From contig QZKG01000047.1 in NCBI GenBank assembly GCA_003599855.1, forward strand, positions 1,037-65,036: a stretch of 64,000 nt of DNA, read 5' to 3'. Position numbers and translations under genes: made by a program. The stretch comes from Gaiellales bacterium. Lineage in GTDB: Bacteria > Actinomycetota > Thermoleophilia > BMS3ABIN01. Positions within the stretch are counted from its first letter, which is position 1. Each line of letters starts with the position of its first letter. Below the pieces are notes generated by a model, which was not told the DNA's origin, did no database searches, and saw nothing but the letters and a program-made list of their open reading frames with translations. Shown in pieces: positions 44,697 to 53,965 of this stretch.

Positions 44697-46094
44697 ATGA
44701 TCCTGCCCAGCCCCGACATAATACGTCCCGACGCGAACCGCTGGCGGCGCCGGTCGGTCGCGGCCCTGGCCATCATGTTCAGCATGGCGTTGGCGCTTTT
44801 CGCCCTGTCGCTGCTGACAGGCTACGCACGACCCTATTCCCTGGAAAAACGTGACGAGCCCGTCACCGGGCAGCTCACGATCTCTCCGACAAAGACAGAG
44901 GTCATCCTGGAACCCGGGCAGTCCGCTTCCAGGGAAGTCACCCTGGTCAACCGCACCGGTGAGGATGTGGACGTCACATTCTCGATAGTGGATTTTGAGG
45001 GGTCGCTCGACCCGGCTGATTCCCATGTCCTTGTTGAAGACGGGGACAGTGCCTGGGGCGCCAGCAACTGGCTTGAGCCTGAACTGGACAACATCGTACT
45101 GGAACACGGGGAGACGCTGAAGCTGGACGTCCGGATCATTGTCCCGCCGGGCGCGGAGCCGGGCGGCCACTACGCCGCGCTGCTGGCGGAGTCAAAACAG
45201 GAAGGCGGCGAGGGAGGCGTCCAGATCAGCTACCGGATAACCTCACTGTTCCTGATCACCGTCCCCGGCGACATCGACTCGCGGGCCACGCTCAACGATC
45301 CCGAAACACCGCTTATCGCCAGCTTCGGGCCTGTTAACATCGGCCTGGTCTTCAACAATCTGGGCAACATCCACCAGAGCCCTTCGGGCGTTGTCAGGGT
45401 CACCAACGTACTGGGGCAGGAGGTCGCCCAACTGCCTGTAAAGGAATGGGTGGTCCTGCCGGAGTCATCACGCAGGACACAGGTGGAATGGCCCGGCAAA
45501 TGGCACCTCGGACCGTACAAGGTCGATGCCCAGATTTCCTACGGTGAAGACGGTGAGGTCCTTTACGCTTCCAGGACTATCTGGTTCATCCCCTGGGAGG
45601 TCATCCTGGCAGGGCTGGCGGCTTCGTTCGTCATCCTGTTCATCATCGCCCGCATAACCCGCCGCAGAAGGAGGATGAAACAGGAGATTATGGACGAGCT
45701 CGAGGAGCTGCGGTCGCTCAAAGAGCCGGGAGTCGATGAGGTGCAGGCAGATGATTATGAGGAGGAGCATGCCGAGCTGACAGAGAGTGCTGGGCAAGAT
45801 GCTGCTGCCGATGAAGAAGCCGGTAAACACCCTTCGATCTCCGGGGACCTGGTGCCCCTGAACCAGCTGCTTCCTTCAACCGACGACATCAACCTCGTGG
45901 ATATCTCCGATCCTGAGACAAGGCATCTTATCCGGGAGCTGATCAACAACGAGATGGACCTGGCGCGCATGTACATCATCGAGGGCAAGAACGAAGAAGC
46001 CCGCCGGGAGCTGATGGAGGCCAGGTCAGCGGCCATGCGCATCAAGCTGTTCACCGAGGTCGCCGTGATCGACGACCTGCTGAACTACCTCTAG
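44697..46094 (+). CDS. DUF916/PapD-like two-Ig-domain membrane protein with acidic cytoplasmic tail and FimV-C-like terminus
   Basis: LTISPTKTEVILEPG..VTLVN, VPPGAEPGGHYAAL, NNLGNIH..P.G, TM (FIPWEVIL..) plus RRRRR, DLARMYIIEGKNEEARRELMEA. Confidence 0.65.
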   Translation: MILPSPDIIRPDANRWRRRSVAALAIMFSMALALFALSLLTGYARPYSLEKRDEPVTGQLTISPTKTEVILEPGQSASREVTLVNRTGEDVDVTFSIVDFEGSLDPADSHVLVEDGDSAWGASNWLEPELDNIVLEHGETLKLDVRIIVPPGAEPGGHYAALLAESKQEGGEGGVQISYRITSLFLITVPGDIDSRATLNDPETPLIASFGPVNIGLVFNNLGNIHQSPSGVVRVTNVLGQEVAQLPVKEWVVLPESSRRTQVEWPGKWHLGPYKVDAQISYGEDGEVLYASRTIWFIPWEVILAGLAASFVILFIIARITRRRRRMKQEIMDELEELRSLKEPGVDEVQADDYEEEHAELTESAGQDAAADEEAGKHPSISGDLVPLNQLLPSTDDINLVDISDPETRHLIRELINNEMDLARMYIIEGKNEEARRELMEARSAAMRIKLFTEVAVIDDLLNYL

Positions 46095-46157
46095 CAGGCC
46101 CACGCCATATTTACGGGGTTCTGCCTTCGTGCTACCATTGCTCTACTCACTGGATGG

Positions 46158-46409
46158 GTGGAGGCAATGTCTAAAAGGTTGTTCACAAGTATCCTCATCA
46201 TGCTCGCAGCGCTGCTGTCGATGCCTGCTGCGCTGGCTGACGCTTCTGGGCAGGTGGTCCCCCACAGCGCGGCGCAGGTCTCGGTGACGGTGGAAGTAAC
46301 GTCCTCTCTCTCGGTATCCACGGATGGCGAAGCACAGTCGGGGCAGCCCATTGCCCTCTGGATAAGCGACGGCGGACGCACCGTCACCTATTCAGTCATC
46401 GACGGCTGA
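46158..46409 (+). CDS. Small secreted protein with pilin-like N-terminal strand
   Basis: Signal peptide ending AALA; AQVSVTVEVTSSLSV resembles the mature N-terminus of 43987-44535. Confidence 0.6.
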   Translation: MEAMSKRLFTSILIMLAALLSMPAALADASGQVVPHSAAQVSVTVEVTSSLSVSTDGEAQSGQPIALWISDGGRTVTYSVIDG

Positions 46410-46480
46410 TGCAGGAAGTCATCCCTGGGAACTGGCCCGCCACTGGCTCCCCACCCTCTTGAGGGGACGGTGGCGAGCGG

Positions 46481-49400
46481 CTACTCGGTGTAGGCCGTGT
46501 AAGCTATTGAAGTGGCGTAATTGCCAGACACAACCGAGGCCGGCACGACGAACTCGTAATCGTACATCAACGACGTCAGCGGGGTGGGAGGCTGGCTGCT
46601 GAGGATGACCGTCTCCGACGGCGCCTTTACGAAGGGCGTATAAACCCCTCCCCCGTCGATCTTCCATCTGAGGTTACCGATGCCGATGATGTTGGCCGGG
46701 CTGATGGTGTGCACCAGGTCATCGGTGGCTGACACTTTGATACCCCAGTTGATATTGGACGAGACGGAAAGCTTGACGGCGTACTGGGGAGAAGCCGTGT
46801 CGCCGACATAATACGTCATCCCCGGGTCGAGGCTGCCGAAGTTCACTGAGCCGCTGCCGGCGGTGCCGTCGCGATTGAAGGTCTCATCAACGGTCAGGGT
46901 GATCGATCCCGGCGGCGGGATATACTCGACGACGAGTTTGGGATAAAGTGTCGGGTCGCTCCACTCGGATGAATAGAACAGGCTGCAGTCGAACGAAGCC
47001 GCATTCTCAACGCTCTTCTTGATGATGACGCCGTTGTTGGGGATGGCGCCATCGATCCAGCCCTGGGCCAGGCTTCTGACATCCCAATCTATCCAGGCGC
47101 CCGCAACCGGCGGCGCGACTACGCTGGCGCTGGCCGTGGCGTCATAATCACCACCGGAGGTTGTCCAGAGGCTTGCGCCATCTTTCGTATCCCATGTCGC
47201 GCCGTCACCCGAAGCCGTCAGCTCGCCGGTGCCCTCGGTCCAGCCTCCGGTCAGGTAATGCAGGTCCAGGGTCCTTGGCACCCCGCCGATCTGGCTGTAC
47301 TGGTAAAAGGAGATCGTGGCGCTGTTGACAGTCGACCCGGCCGGGATGGCAGAGAGGTCAAACTGGGCCATGGGCCGGAACGACTGCCAGAAAGGTCCCA
47401 GGTCGCCAGCCACGTGGATGGTCCACGAGCCGTTGTTGTAGGTCGGCTGGCCCCTGACTATCGTAGCATCCTTGCCATCAGCCGGGCCCGGCTGGATGAT
47501 TACCTGCACCGCCGTCTGGAAAGTGTGGTCTCCCGAGATGGTCTCGTTGCCGGCGGGATCGACGGAACGGACGCGATAATGGTAAAGGGTGTTCTCGGTC
47601 AGGCCAGTCAGCGGAACGGCGTGCTGGTTCACCAGCGAGCTGTCGAGGGGCGTCGTGGATCCGTAGCTGGTAGTGGTGCCGTACTCCACCTGGGTGGTGG
47701 CCGCCTCGTCCGTGGACCAACTGATCCCGGCTGTCGTCGTCCTGACGTTCTCGGAGCGGACGTCGCCGATGGCCGGGCCTGTGACATCATCTCCCAGCCA
47801 TTCGATGACGAGCTTCGGCCTGAGCGAGGGGTCAGCCGCGTAATTCGAGGAGTAGAAGCCCTTGGCGTCAGTGACCGCCGGGTTCTCGACAGCCTGCCTG
47901 ATGAGAAGGCCGTTATTGCTGACACTCCCGTTTACCCACGCCTGGGTCAGGGCCGTCAGGTCCCAGTCGACCCAGATGTTAGTGGCGTTCGGCGCCAGCG
48001 TCGAGGCGCTTGACCCGGCATTGTAATCGCCGCCCGGAAGCGACCAGGGGGCAGCGCCGTCAGAAGAAGTCCAGGTGGCGCCGTCGGCTGTTGCAGAACC
48101 GGCCCCGGTCCCTTCCGCCCAGGATCGGGCAAGATAGTGGGCATCGATCATCTGCGGGCTCGCGTCACCCTGATACCATTGGTAGAGCGACATTGTGGCG
48201 CTGCTGATGGTTGAACCCGCCGGAATGGTGGAGAAATCGAACTGGAGCAGGCCACGGATGGTCCCCCAGTCCCCTGCGTTTATGTCGCCGGCTCCCAGGT
48301 TGACGTCGGCCCCCATATTCCAGTCAGTCCGATTGCTGCGCAGAAAGGTGTCTTTTCCGAGCCCCGGTGATAGCTGCAGGATGGTGAGGTTGGCGGTCTT
48401 GAAACTCTGCTCGGCAGAATAGGTCACGTAGCCGGCAGCGTCGGCTGAGCGCACCCGGTAATAATAAGTAGTGCCCTGCTGCAGACCGGTAAGCGCCTGG
48501 TTATGGCTCACGACCCTGGTCGGATCGAGCGTGGTTGAACCGATGTACACGCCAGGGCTGGTGCCGTACTCCACCTGGGAATCGGCCGGCTCGCTGGTCG
48601 TCCAGCTGATATTGGCCCCGCTGCTCGTGATTCCGCCTGCCGCTACAGACGATATGGCCGGGGGATTGTTGTCGACGTTGACCTGGACCGAGGCGGTGCT
48701 GACGTTATACGCGCGGTCAGCAACGGTCAGGCGCAGGGTATAGAGGCCGTCTGCGACACTGGTGGTCCCCCAGGAACCCAGCGTGCCGGCTGTGACCGGG
48801 CTGTAGGCAGTCGCACCTATCTGGGACCACGTGGCTGGCGCTGCTCCAGCGCCGTACTCCAGTCTATAATTATAAAAACTGAACGCGTCAGAGGCGGTGC
48901 CGGCAATCGTCAGATTGCCTGAGACGTAAGCTGTTGGGGCAGGCGACGTGATCGCTGCTACAGGAGATGACCCATCGATCTGGATCATGCGGGACATCCG
49001 CTCGATGTTTCCACCGCCGCTGGGTGCCCGGAGCCTGGTGCCTACCCAGTACCAGTCCCCATCTGTAAGCCCCCCTGAAGGCAGCGTCAATGAGAAGCTG
49101 TAAAGGTTGCCGGTTTGTGTCACCGCGGGGGCGCTCCATGTATAGACATTCCCTCCCGTAAAGTTGTAGATGCGGTTGGCGTTGCCTGTCCTGCTGGCGC
49201 TGTAGGGCCGGCCGTCACCGTAAGCTGTAACGTAAATGTCGCTCCCGGGCCGGAATGTGGTGGACAGGTCTGTCCTGGCTGCATCGGCGTAGAAAGCGAA
49301 GGGCTGGTTCAAGCCGCTGATCTCGATGAATTCCTCAAAACTCACTGACTGGTTGTATGTGATGACGCCGTCGAGCTTGGTGGCGCTCGCAGCGGCAGTT

Positions 49401-49807
49401 ATTGCAGCAGTGTAAACATATGGAGGACCACCTGGCTGCTTCGTCCATGATACTGTCCCGCCGAGCTGCGACTCGTCGAAATCCATCTGGCGCAACTGGC
49501 TGCCGGAGCCATTATTGGTCACGCGGTTCGTCGTCACACGGACATAAATGGTCTGGCCGGGGTTGAAGCTCGTTGTCGGGACCGTACAGGCGGCATCCGA
49601 GCAGACCTCGATGATATCGCCATTGGACTCGGTGTAGTAACCGGCGGGGCTGACGACGGCGCGGGACAGGCCCGCTGAGAAAAGAAGCACCACGACCAAC
49701 AGCAACAGCATTCCGGCTGCGATATAGGTCAGCCGATTCCCCATCAAGGTAAGCGTTTGTGAGCGACTCCGATTGAGGAGGCCCATGCCATCCCTTCTTC
49801 CGGACAC
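46481..49807 (-). CDS. Large secreted adhesin-like protein: Ig-like, 2x fibronectin type III, 2x DNRLRE-like, C-terminal pilin/WxL-like domain
   Basis: ISWTTSEPADSQVEYG..L.GL...T.YYYRVRS.D twice; FD.S.IPAGST..SAT..Y..NNG..SS..PKLV.E twice; ends GNYATSIAYTAYTE. Confidence 0.8.
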   Translation of the reverse strand: MSGRRDGMGLLNRSRSQTLTLMGNRLTYIAAGMLLLLVVVLLFSAGLSRAVVSPAGYYTESNGDIIEVCSDAACTVPTTSFNPGQTIYVRVTTNRVTNNGSGSQLRQMDFDESQLGGTVSWTKQPGGPPYVYTAAITAAASATKLDGVITYNQSVSFEEFIEISGLNQPFAFYADAARTDLSTTFRPGSDIYVTAYGDGRPYSASRTGNANRIYNFTGGNVYTWSAPAVTQTGNLYSFSLTLPSGGLTDGDWYWVGTRLRAPSGGGNIERMSRMIQIDGSSPVAAITSPAPTAYVSGNLTIAGTASDAFSFYNYRLEYGAGAAPATWSQIGATAYSPVTAGTLGSWGTTSVADGLYTLRLTVADRAYNVSTASVQVNVDNNPPAISSVAAGGITSSGANISWTTSEPADSQVEYGTSPGVYIGSTTLDPTRVVSHNQALTGLQQGTTYYYRVRSADAAGYVTYSAEQSFKTANLTILQLSPGLGKDTFLRSNRTDWNMGADVNLGAGDINAGDWGTIRGLLQFDFSTIPAGSTISSATMSLYQWYQGDASPQMIDAHYLARSWAEGTGAGSATADGATWTSSDGAAPWSLPGGDYNAGSSASTLAPNATNIWVDWDLTALTQAWVNGSVSNNGLLIRQAVENPAVTDAKGFYSSNYAADPSLRPKLVIEWLGDDVTGPAIGDVRSENVRTTTAGISWSTDEAATTQVEYGTTTSYGSTTPLDSSLVNQHAVPLTGLTENTLYHYRVRSVDPAGNETISGDHTFQTAVQVIIQPGPADGKDATIVRGQPTYNNGSWTIHVAGDLGPFWQSFRPMAQFDLSAIPAGSTVNSATISFYQYSQIGGVPRTLDLHYLTGGWTEGTGELTASGDGATWDTKDGASLWTTSGGDYDATASASVVAPPVAGAWIDWDVRSLAQGWIDGAIPNNGVIIKKSVENAASFDCSLFYSSEWSDPTLYPKLVVEYIPPPGSITLTVDETFNRDGTAGSGSVNFGSLDPGMTYYVGDTASPQYAVKLSVSSNINWGIKVSATDDLVHTISPANIIGIGNLRWKIDGGGVYTPFVKAPSETVILSSQPPTPLTSLMYDYEFVVPASVVSGNYATSIAYTAYTE

Positions 49808-49843
49808 GCGAAATCCTTTGCCCTAAAAGGTTTTCAGATAATC

Positions 49844-50704
49844 CTATTGTCGCCATTTGCCCGGAAAAACATTAGCAATAGCAGGCTTTTTCTTTATCAG
49901 TATGGCTGCAGCCGCTACCAGCAGGAACAGCGCAGGGACAAGCTTCCACGAAAAGATCAGAATATAGGAAGTCTTCGTCACTGGAGCACCGACCCCTGAA
50001 CTGAGACTGAGCTTGAGCCGGCGGATGCCGAAAAGTGGCGGATCCTGCCAGACTGCCTGCAATTCAAAGGATTCGTCATTGCTGACCTGCCTGCTGGAAC
50101 TGACCAGCTCAACATCTTCACCAAGCAGGCTTTCAAGCACTATCCTGCCATCCATCGCTACGGGGAATTCACTGGTATTGCGACCCCTCATGGTAAAAGT
50201 GACTGGCCCCGAGCCAATGATCAGCGGATATGAGAAGTCAGCTTCACTGACCGGCCTGATGACGTTCATCTCCACGGCGACCCGTATCTTGCCGATGATG
50301 GCGACATTCCCGGCGGAAGCATCCGCGACATTGAAGAAGATGTACGCCTCTCCCCTGCCAACGCCGGCATCGGACGGCACTGCCACATGCACTTCGACCT
50401 CTGCTGACTCCCCGGCAGCAAGCCTGATCCTGGCGGGGGCAACAGAGACCGCGGCGAGGGGCCCCTCTCCCTGGCCCTGCTCGACCACAGCTTCGACCTC
50501 TACCTCTCCAGCCGAAAGGTTGCGCAGGCTAACCTTCTCCCGGGTCTCGTCACCGGCTGCGATGGTCGCAGGGATGTGGGTCGGGGTGACGTTGATGCCG
50601 GTCTGGGCCGCCGCAGCATAAGCCCATGACAGCGCCAGGACTACTGCCGCCAGCGCTCCCCCCAAGGCAAAGGTTTTTTTTGGATAAGCTGACATCGATT
50701 GCAC
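49844..50704 (-). CDS. Second DUF916/PapD-like two-Ig-domain protein with C-terminal TM anchor
   Basis: Signal peptide; GINVTPTHI..AGDE..VSLRN, LAAGESAEVEV..VP, W..PP.FG, TM followed by KKK. Confidence 0.65.
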   Translation of the reverse strand: MQSMSAYPKKTFALGGALAAVVLALSWAYAAAAQTGINVTPTHIPATIAAGDETREKVSLRNLSAGEVEVEAVVEQGQGEGPLAAVSVAPARIRLAAGESAEVEVHVAVPSDAGVGRGEAYIFFNVADASAGNVAIIGKIRVAVEMNVIRPVSEADFSYPLIIGSGPVTFTMRGRNTSEFPVAMDGRIVLESLLGEDVELVSSSRQVSNDESFELQAVWQDPPLFGIRRLKLSLSSGVGAPVTKTSYILIFSWKLVPALFLLVAAAAILIKKKPAIANVFPGKWRQ

Positions 50705-50773
50705 AAGGGCTGATCTCGCCAGAGATACTCCGTAACTGATTTCGAGGCGGGTTGGAAAAAAACCTGCAGGACG

Positions 50774-53572
50774 CTACCTGGATGCCAGCAGCGGTTTCAG
50801 CGCTTTGCCGGTGTAGGACTTCCTGCTCTTGACTATCTGCTCGGGGGTACCCTCGGCGATCACGGTCCCGCCCTCGTCACCGCCTTCCGGCCCAAGGTCG
50901 ATGATGTGGTCGGCGCATTTGACCACATCGAGGTTGTGTTCGATGACGACCACCGTGTTGCCCGCGTCCACCAGCCGCTGCAACACCTCCAGCAGGCGCT
51001 GGATGTCGGCGAAGTGGAGGCCGGTGGTGGGCTCGTCCAGGATGTAGAGCGTGCTGCCGGTAGCGACCTTGTTCAGCTCCGAAGCCAGCTTGACCCGCTG
51101 GGCCTCGCCGCCGGAGAGGGTGGTCGCCGGCTGGCCCAGGCGGATGTAGCCGAGGCCGACATCCTCCATTGTCTTCAGCCGCCGGGAAATCCGCGGGATG
51201 GCCTCGAAGAATCCGTGGGCCTCGCCGATGCTCATCTCGAGCACGTCGGCTATCGTCCTGCCCTTGTAGCGCACTTCGAGGGTCTCGCGGTTGTACCGCT
51301 TCCCCTTGCAGACCTCGCAGGGGACATAGATATCGGGCAGGAAGTGCATCTCGATCTTGATGGTGCCGTCACCGCTGCATGCCTCGCACCGTCCCCCCTT
51401 GACGTTGAAGCTGAAACGTCCGGGCTTGTAGCCTCGCACCCTGGCCTCCGGAGTCATGGCGAACAACTGACGGATGTGGTCGAAGACGCCCGTGTAGGTG
51501 GCCGGGTTAGACCTCGGCGTCCTGCCGATAGGCGACTGGTCGATGTTGATGACCTTGTCCAGCCCGCTGGTTCCCTCGATGGAGTCATGCTCGCCGGGGG
51601 TCTCCTTCGACCCGTGGCGCAGTTCCCTGGAAAGTGTCCGGAAGAGGACATCATTAACGAGGGTTGACTTGCCAGAGCCCGAGACGCCGGTGACGCAGAC
51701 GAACTTCGACAGTGGTATCTCCACGTCGATCGACCTCAGGTTGTGCTCCCGGGCGCCGCGGATGACGAGCGAACCGTTCTCGACAGACCGGCGCTGCGGG
51801 ACCTCGATGAAGCGCGTCCCGTTGAGGAACGCGGCGGTGGCGCTGCCCTTCGAGCTGAGGATGTCCTCCAGTTCCCCCTGGGCCACGATCGCTCCCCCCT
51901 GCTCGCCCGCGCCCGGCCCCATGTCGACGATATAATCGGCCGCCCGCATGGTCTCCTCGTCATGCTCCACCACGACCAGGGTATTGCCCAGATCCCGCAG
52001 GCGATGAAGGGTTTTGATCAGCTTCTTGTTGTCGCGCTGGTGCAGGCCGATGCTGGGCTCGTCGAGGATGTAAAGGACGCCGACCAGGCTGGATCCGATC
52101 TGGGTAGCCAGCCTGATACGCTGCCCCTCACCGCCGGATAGGGTGCCGGCCATGCGGTCCAGGGTGAGGTAGCCGACGCCGACATCGACGAGGAACCTGA
52201 GACGCTCGCGGATCTCCTTGATGATGCGGCCGCCGATGAGCTGCTCGGTCTCTGAGAGATCGAGCTCATCGAGGAAGCGGTGTGAATCCTTGACCGGCAT
52301 GAGCGACAGTTCGTGGATGTTCCTGTCACCCACAGTCACCGCCAGACTCTCCGCCTTGAGACGGCCCCCTTGGCAGACAGGGCAGGGCCGGACAGTCATG
52401 AGCCGGCTGATCCATTCGCGGATGGCCTCGGAGTCAGTCTCCAGGTAACGGCGTTCCAGGTTGGGGATGATGCCCCTGAGCATATAGCTGGCGCGGCGGC
52501 CGCGGCGGCGCTTGCCCTTCTTGCCGCCGTCCCCGGGACCGTAGAGGATGAGCCGGACCTGCTCGCTGGTGAGTTCCTCGAAGGGAGTATCAAGCGGGAT
52601 GTCGTAATGGCGCGCCATCCAGCGGATGACGTGGCGGAAACCGGTCGTCCAGGGCATGATCCTGGCCTCGCCCAGGGTCACCGTCTTGTCCGGGAAGAGC
52701 TTGTCCGGGTCGATCTCCTCCTGTATCCCCAGTCCGGTGCAGTGCTCGCAGGCGCCGTAGGGGCTGTTGAAGGAAAAGATGCGCGGGGCCAGTTCGGCCA
52801 GGTTGACGTTGCAGTCGGGGCAGGCGAACTGCTCGCTGAAGGTCGTGGTCTCACCTTCGGCGGTCTCGATCTCGATAAGCCCGCCGGCAAGCGCCGCCGC
52901 GGTCTCCACCGAATCAGCCAGCCGGGTGCGTATGTCTTCCTTGAGCACCAGCCGGTCGACCACGATGGCGATGTCATGGCGGATGTTCTTGTCCAGCTCG
53001 ATCTCGTCTTCCAGCAGCCGGACCTCACCGTCGATGCGGGCGCGGGTGAAACCGTCGCGGCGTATCTGCTCCAGGAGGTCGCGGTACTCCCCCTTGCGGC
53101 CGCGCACCAGCGGCGCGATCACCATGAACTTCGTACGAGCGGGCATCTCGAGGATCTGATCGACGATCTGCTCGTGAGACTGGGCGGCGATCGGTTTGCC
53201 GCACTCGGGGCAGTGGGGTTTGCCGATACGCGCGTAGAGCAGCCGCAGGTAATCATAGACCTCTGTCACCGTGCCCACGGTGGAACGGGGGTTCTTGCTG
53301 AGCACTCTCTGGTCGATGGAGATGGCTGGAGACAGTCCCTCGATGCTGTCCACGTCCGGCTTCTGCATCTGACCCAGGAACTGGCGCGCATAAGCGGAGA
53401 GCGATTCCACGTAGCGGCGCTGCCCCTCGGCATAGATGGTGTCGAAGGCGAGGGAGCTCTTGCCCGAGCCGGAAAGGCCCGTGATGACTATCATCCTGTC
53501 GCGGGGCAACCTGAGCGAGATGTTCTTCAGGTTATGTTCGCGGGCTCCGCGAATGATTATCTCTTCTGCCAT
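50774..53572 (-). CDS. uvrA: Excinuclease ABC subunit A
   Basis: [33 protein letters not shown], two ABC domains, [15 protein letters not shown] at 53572. Confidence 0.98.
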   Translation of the reverse strand: MAEEIIIRGAREHNLKNISLRLPRDRMIVITGLSGSGKSSLAFDTIYAEGQRRYVESLSAYARQFLGQMQKPDVDSIEGLSPAISIDQRVLSKNPRSTVGTVTEVYDYLRLLYARIGKPHCPECGKPIAAQSHEQIVDQILEMPARTKFMVIAPLVRGRKGEYRDLLEQIRRDGFTRARIDGEVRLLEDEIELDKNIRHDIAIVVDRLVLKEDIRTRLADSVETAAALAGGLIEIETAEGETTTFSEQFACPDCNVNLAELAPRIFSFNSPYGACEHCTGLGIQEEIDPDKLFPDKTVTLGEARIMPWTTGFRHVIRWMARHYDIPLDTPFEELTSEQVRLILYGPGDGGKKGKRRRGRRASYMLRGIIPNLERRYLETDSEAIREWISRLMTVRPCPVCQGGRLKAESLAVTVGDRNIHELSLMPVKDSHRFLDELDLSETEQLIGGRIIKEIRERLRFLVDVGVGYLTLDRMAGTLSGGEGQRIRLATQIGSSLVGVLYILDEPSIGLHQRDNKKLIKTLHRLRDLGNTLVVVEHDEETMRAADYIVDMGPGAGEQGGAIVAQGELEDILSSKGSATAAFLNGTRFIEVPQRRSVENGSLVIRGAREHNLRSIDVEIPLSKFVCVTGVSGSGKSTLVNDVLFRTLSRELRHGSKETPGEHDSIEGTSGLDKVINIDQSPIGRTPRSNPATYTGVFDHIRQLFAMTPEARVRGYKPGRFSFNVKGGRCEACSGDGTIKIEMHFLPDIYVPCEVCKGKRYNRETLEVRYKGRTIADVLEMSIGEAHGFFEAIPRISRRLKTMEDVGLGYIRLGQPATTLSGGEAQRVKLASELNKVATGSTLYILDEPTTGLHFADIQRLLEVLQRLVDAGNTVVVIEHNLDVVKCADHIIDLGPEGGDEGGTVIAEGTPEQIVKSRKSYTGKALKPLLASR

Positions 53573-53660
53573 GCGTTTCCTTGGGAATAGACTCAGGTAA
53601 TATTCTACACGGCCAGGAGCCATGTGCGTAAATACAGGGCTGCCTGGCTTTTTTGGGGTA

Positions 53661-53948
53661 CAGGCAAATCCAGCGGGTCCGGGCTGGGGCGGAACGTGGT
53701 GCCTTATTCCGAGCGTGTCAGCGAGGAAAAGGCACCCGGTCCGGCATTAGCCAGCGTCGGGGATAGGTACAGGCAAATCCAGCGGGAGCGCAACCGGGCG
53801 GGCAGGGTGATTTTCCGGAGCCTGCCGGAGGAAAATGCTCCCTGCCCGGCGTTCACGATGTCGGGGATAGAAAAGCAAAAGAGCAGATCCTTCGTCGCTA
53901 CAGCTCCTCAGGATGACAGTGGGAGGTCGCCCCTCAGGATGACAGTGG
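53661..53948. repeat. Modular REP-like palindromic cluster, copy A
   Basis: Modules CAGGCAAATCCAGCGGG, hairpin GGTGCCTT..AAGGCACC, hairpin GCAGGG..TTTTCC..GGAAAA..CCCTG, and AGATCCTTCGTCGCT..CTCCTCAGGATGACA; all recur at 56697-57141. Confidence 0.85.
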
Positions 53949-53965
53949 GGGCGGCGGGGGTTCCG

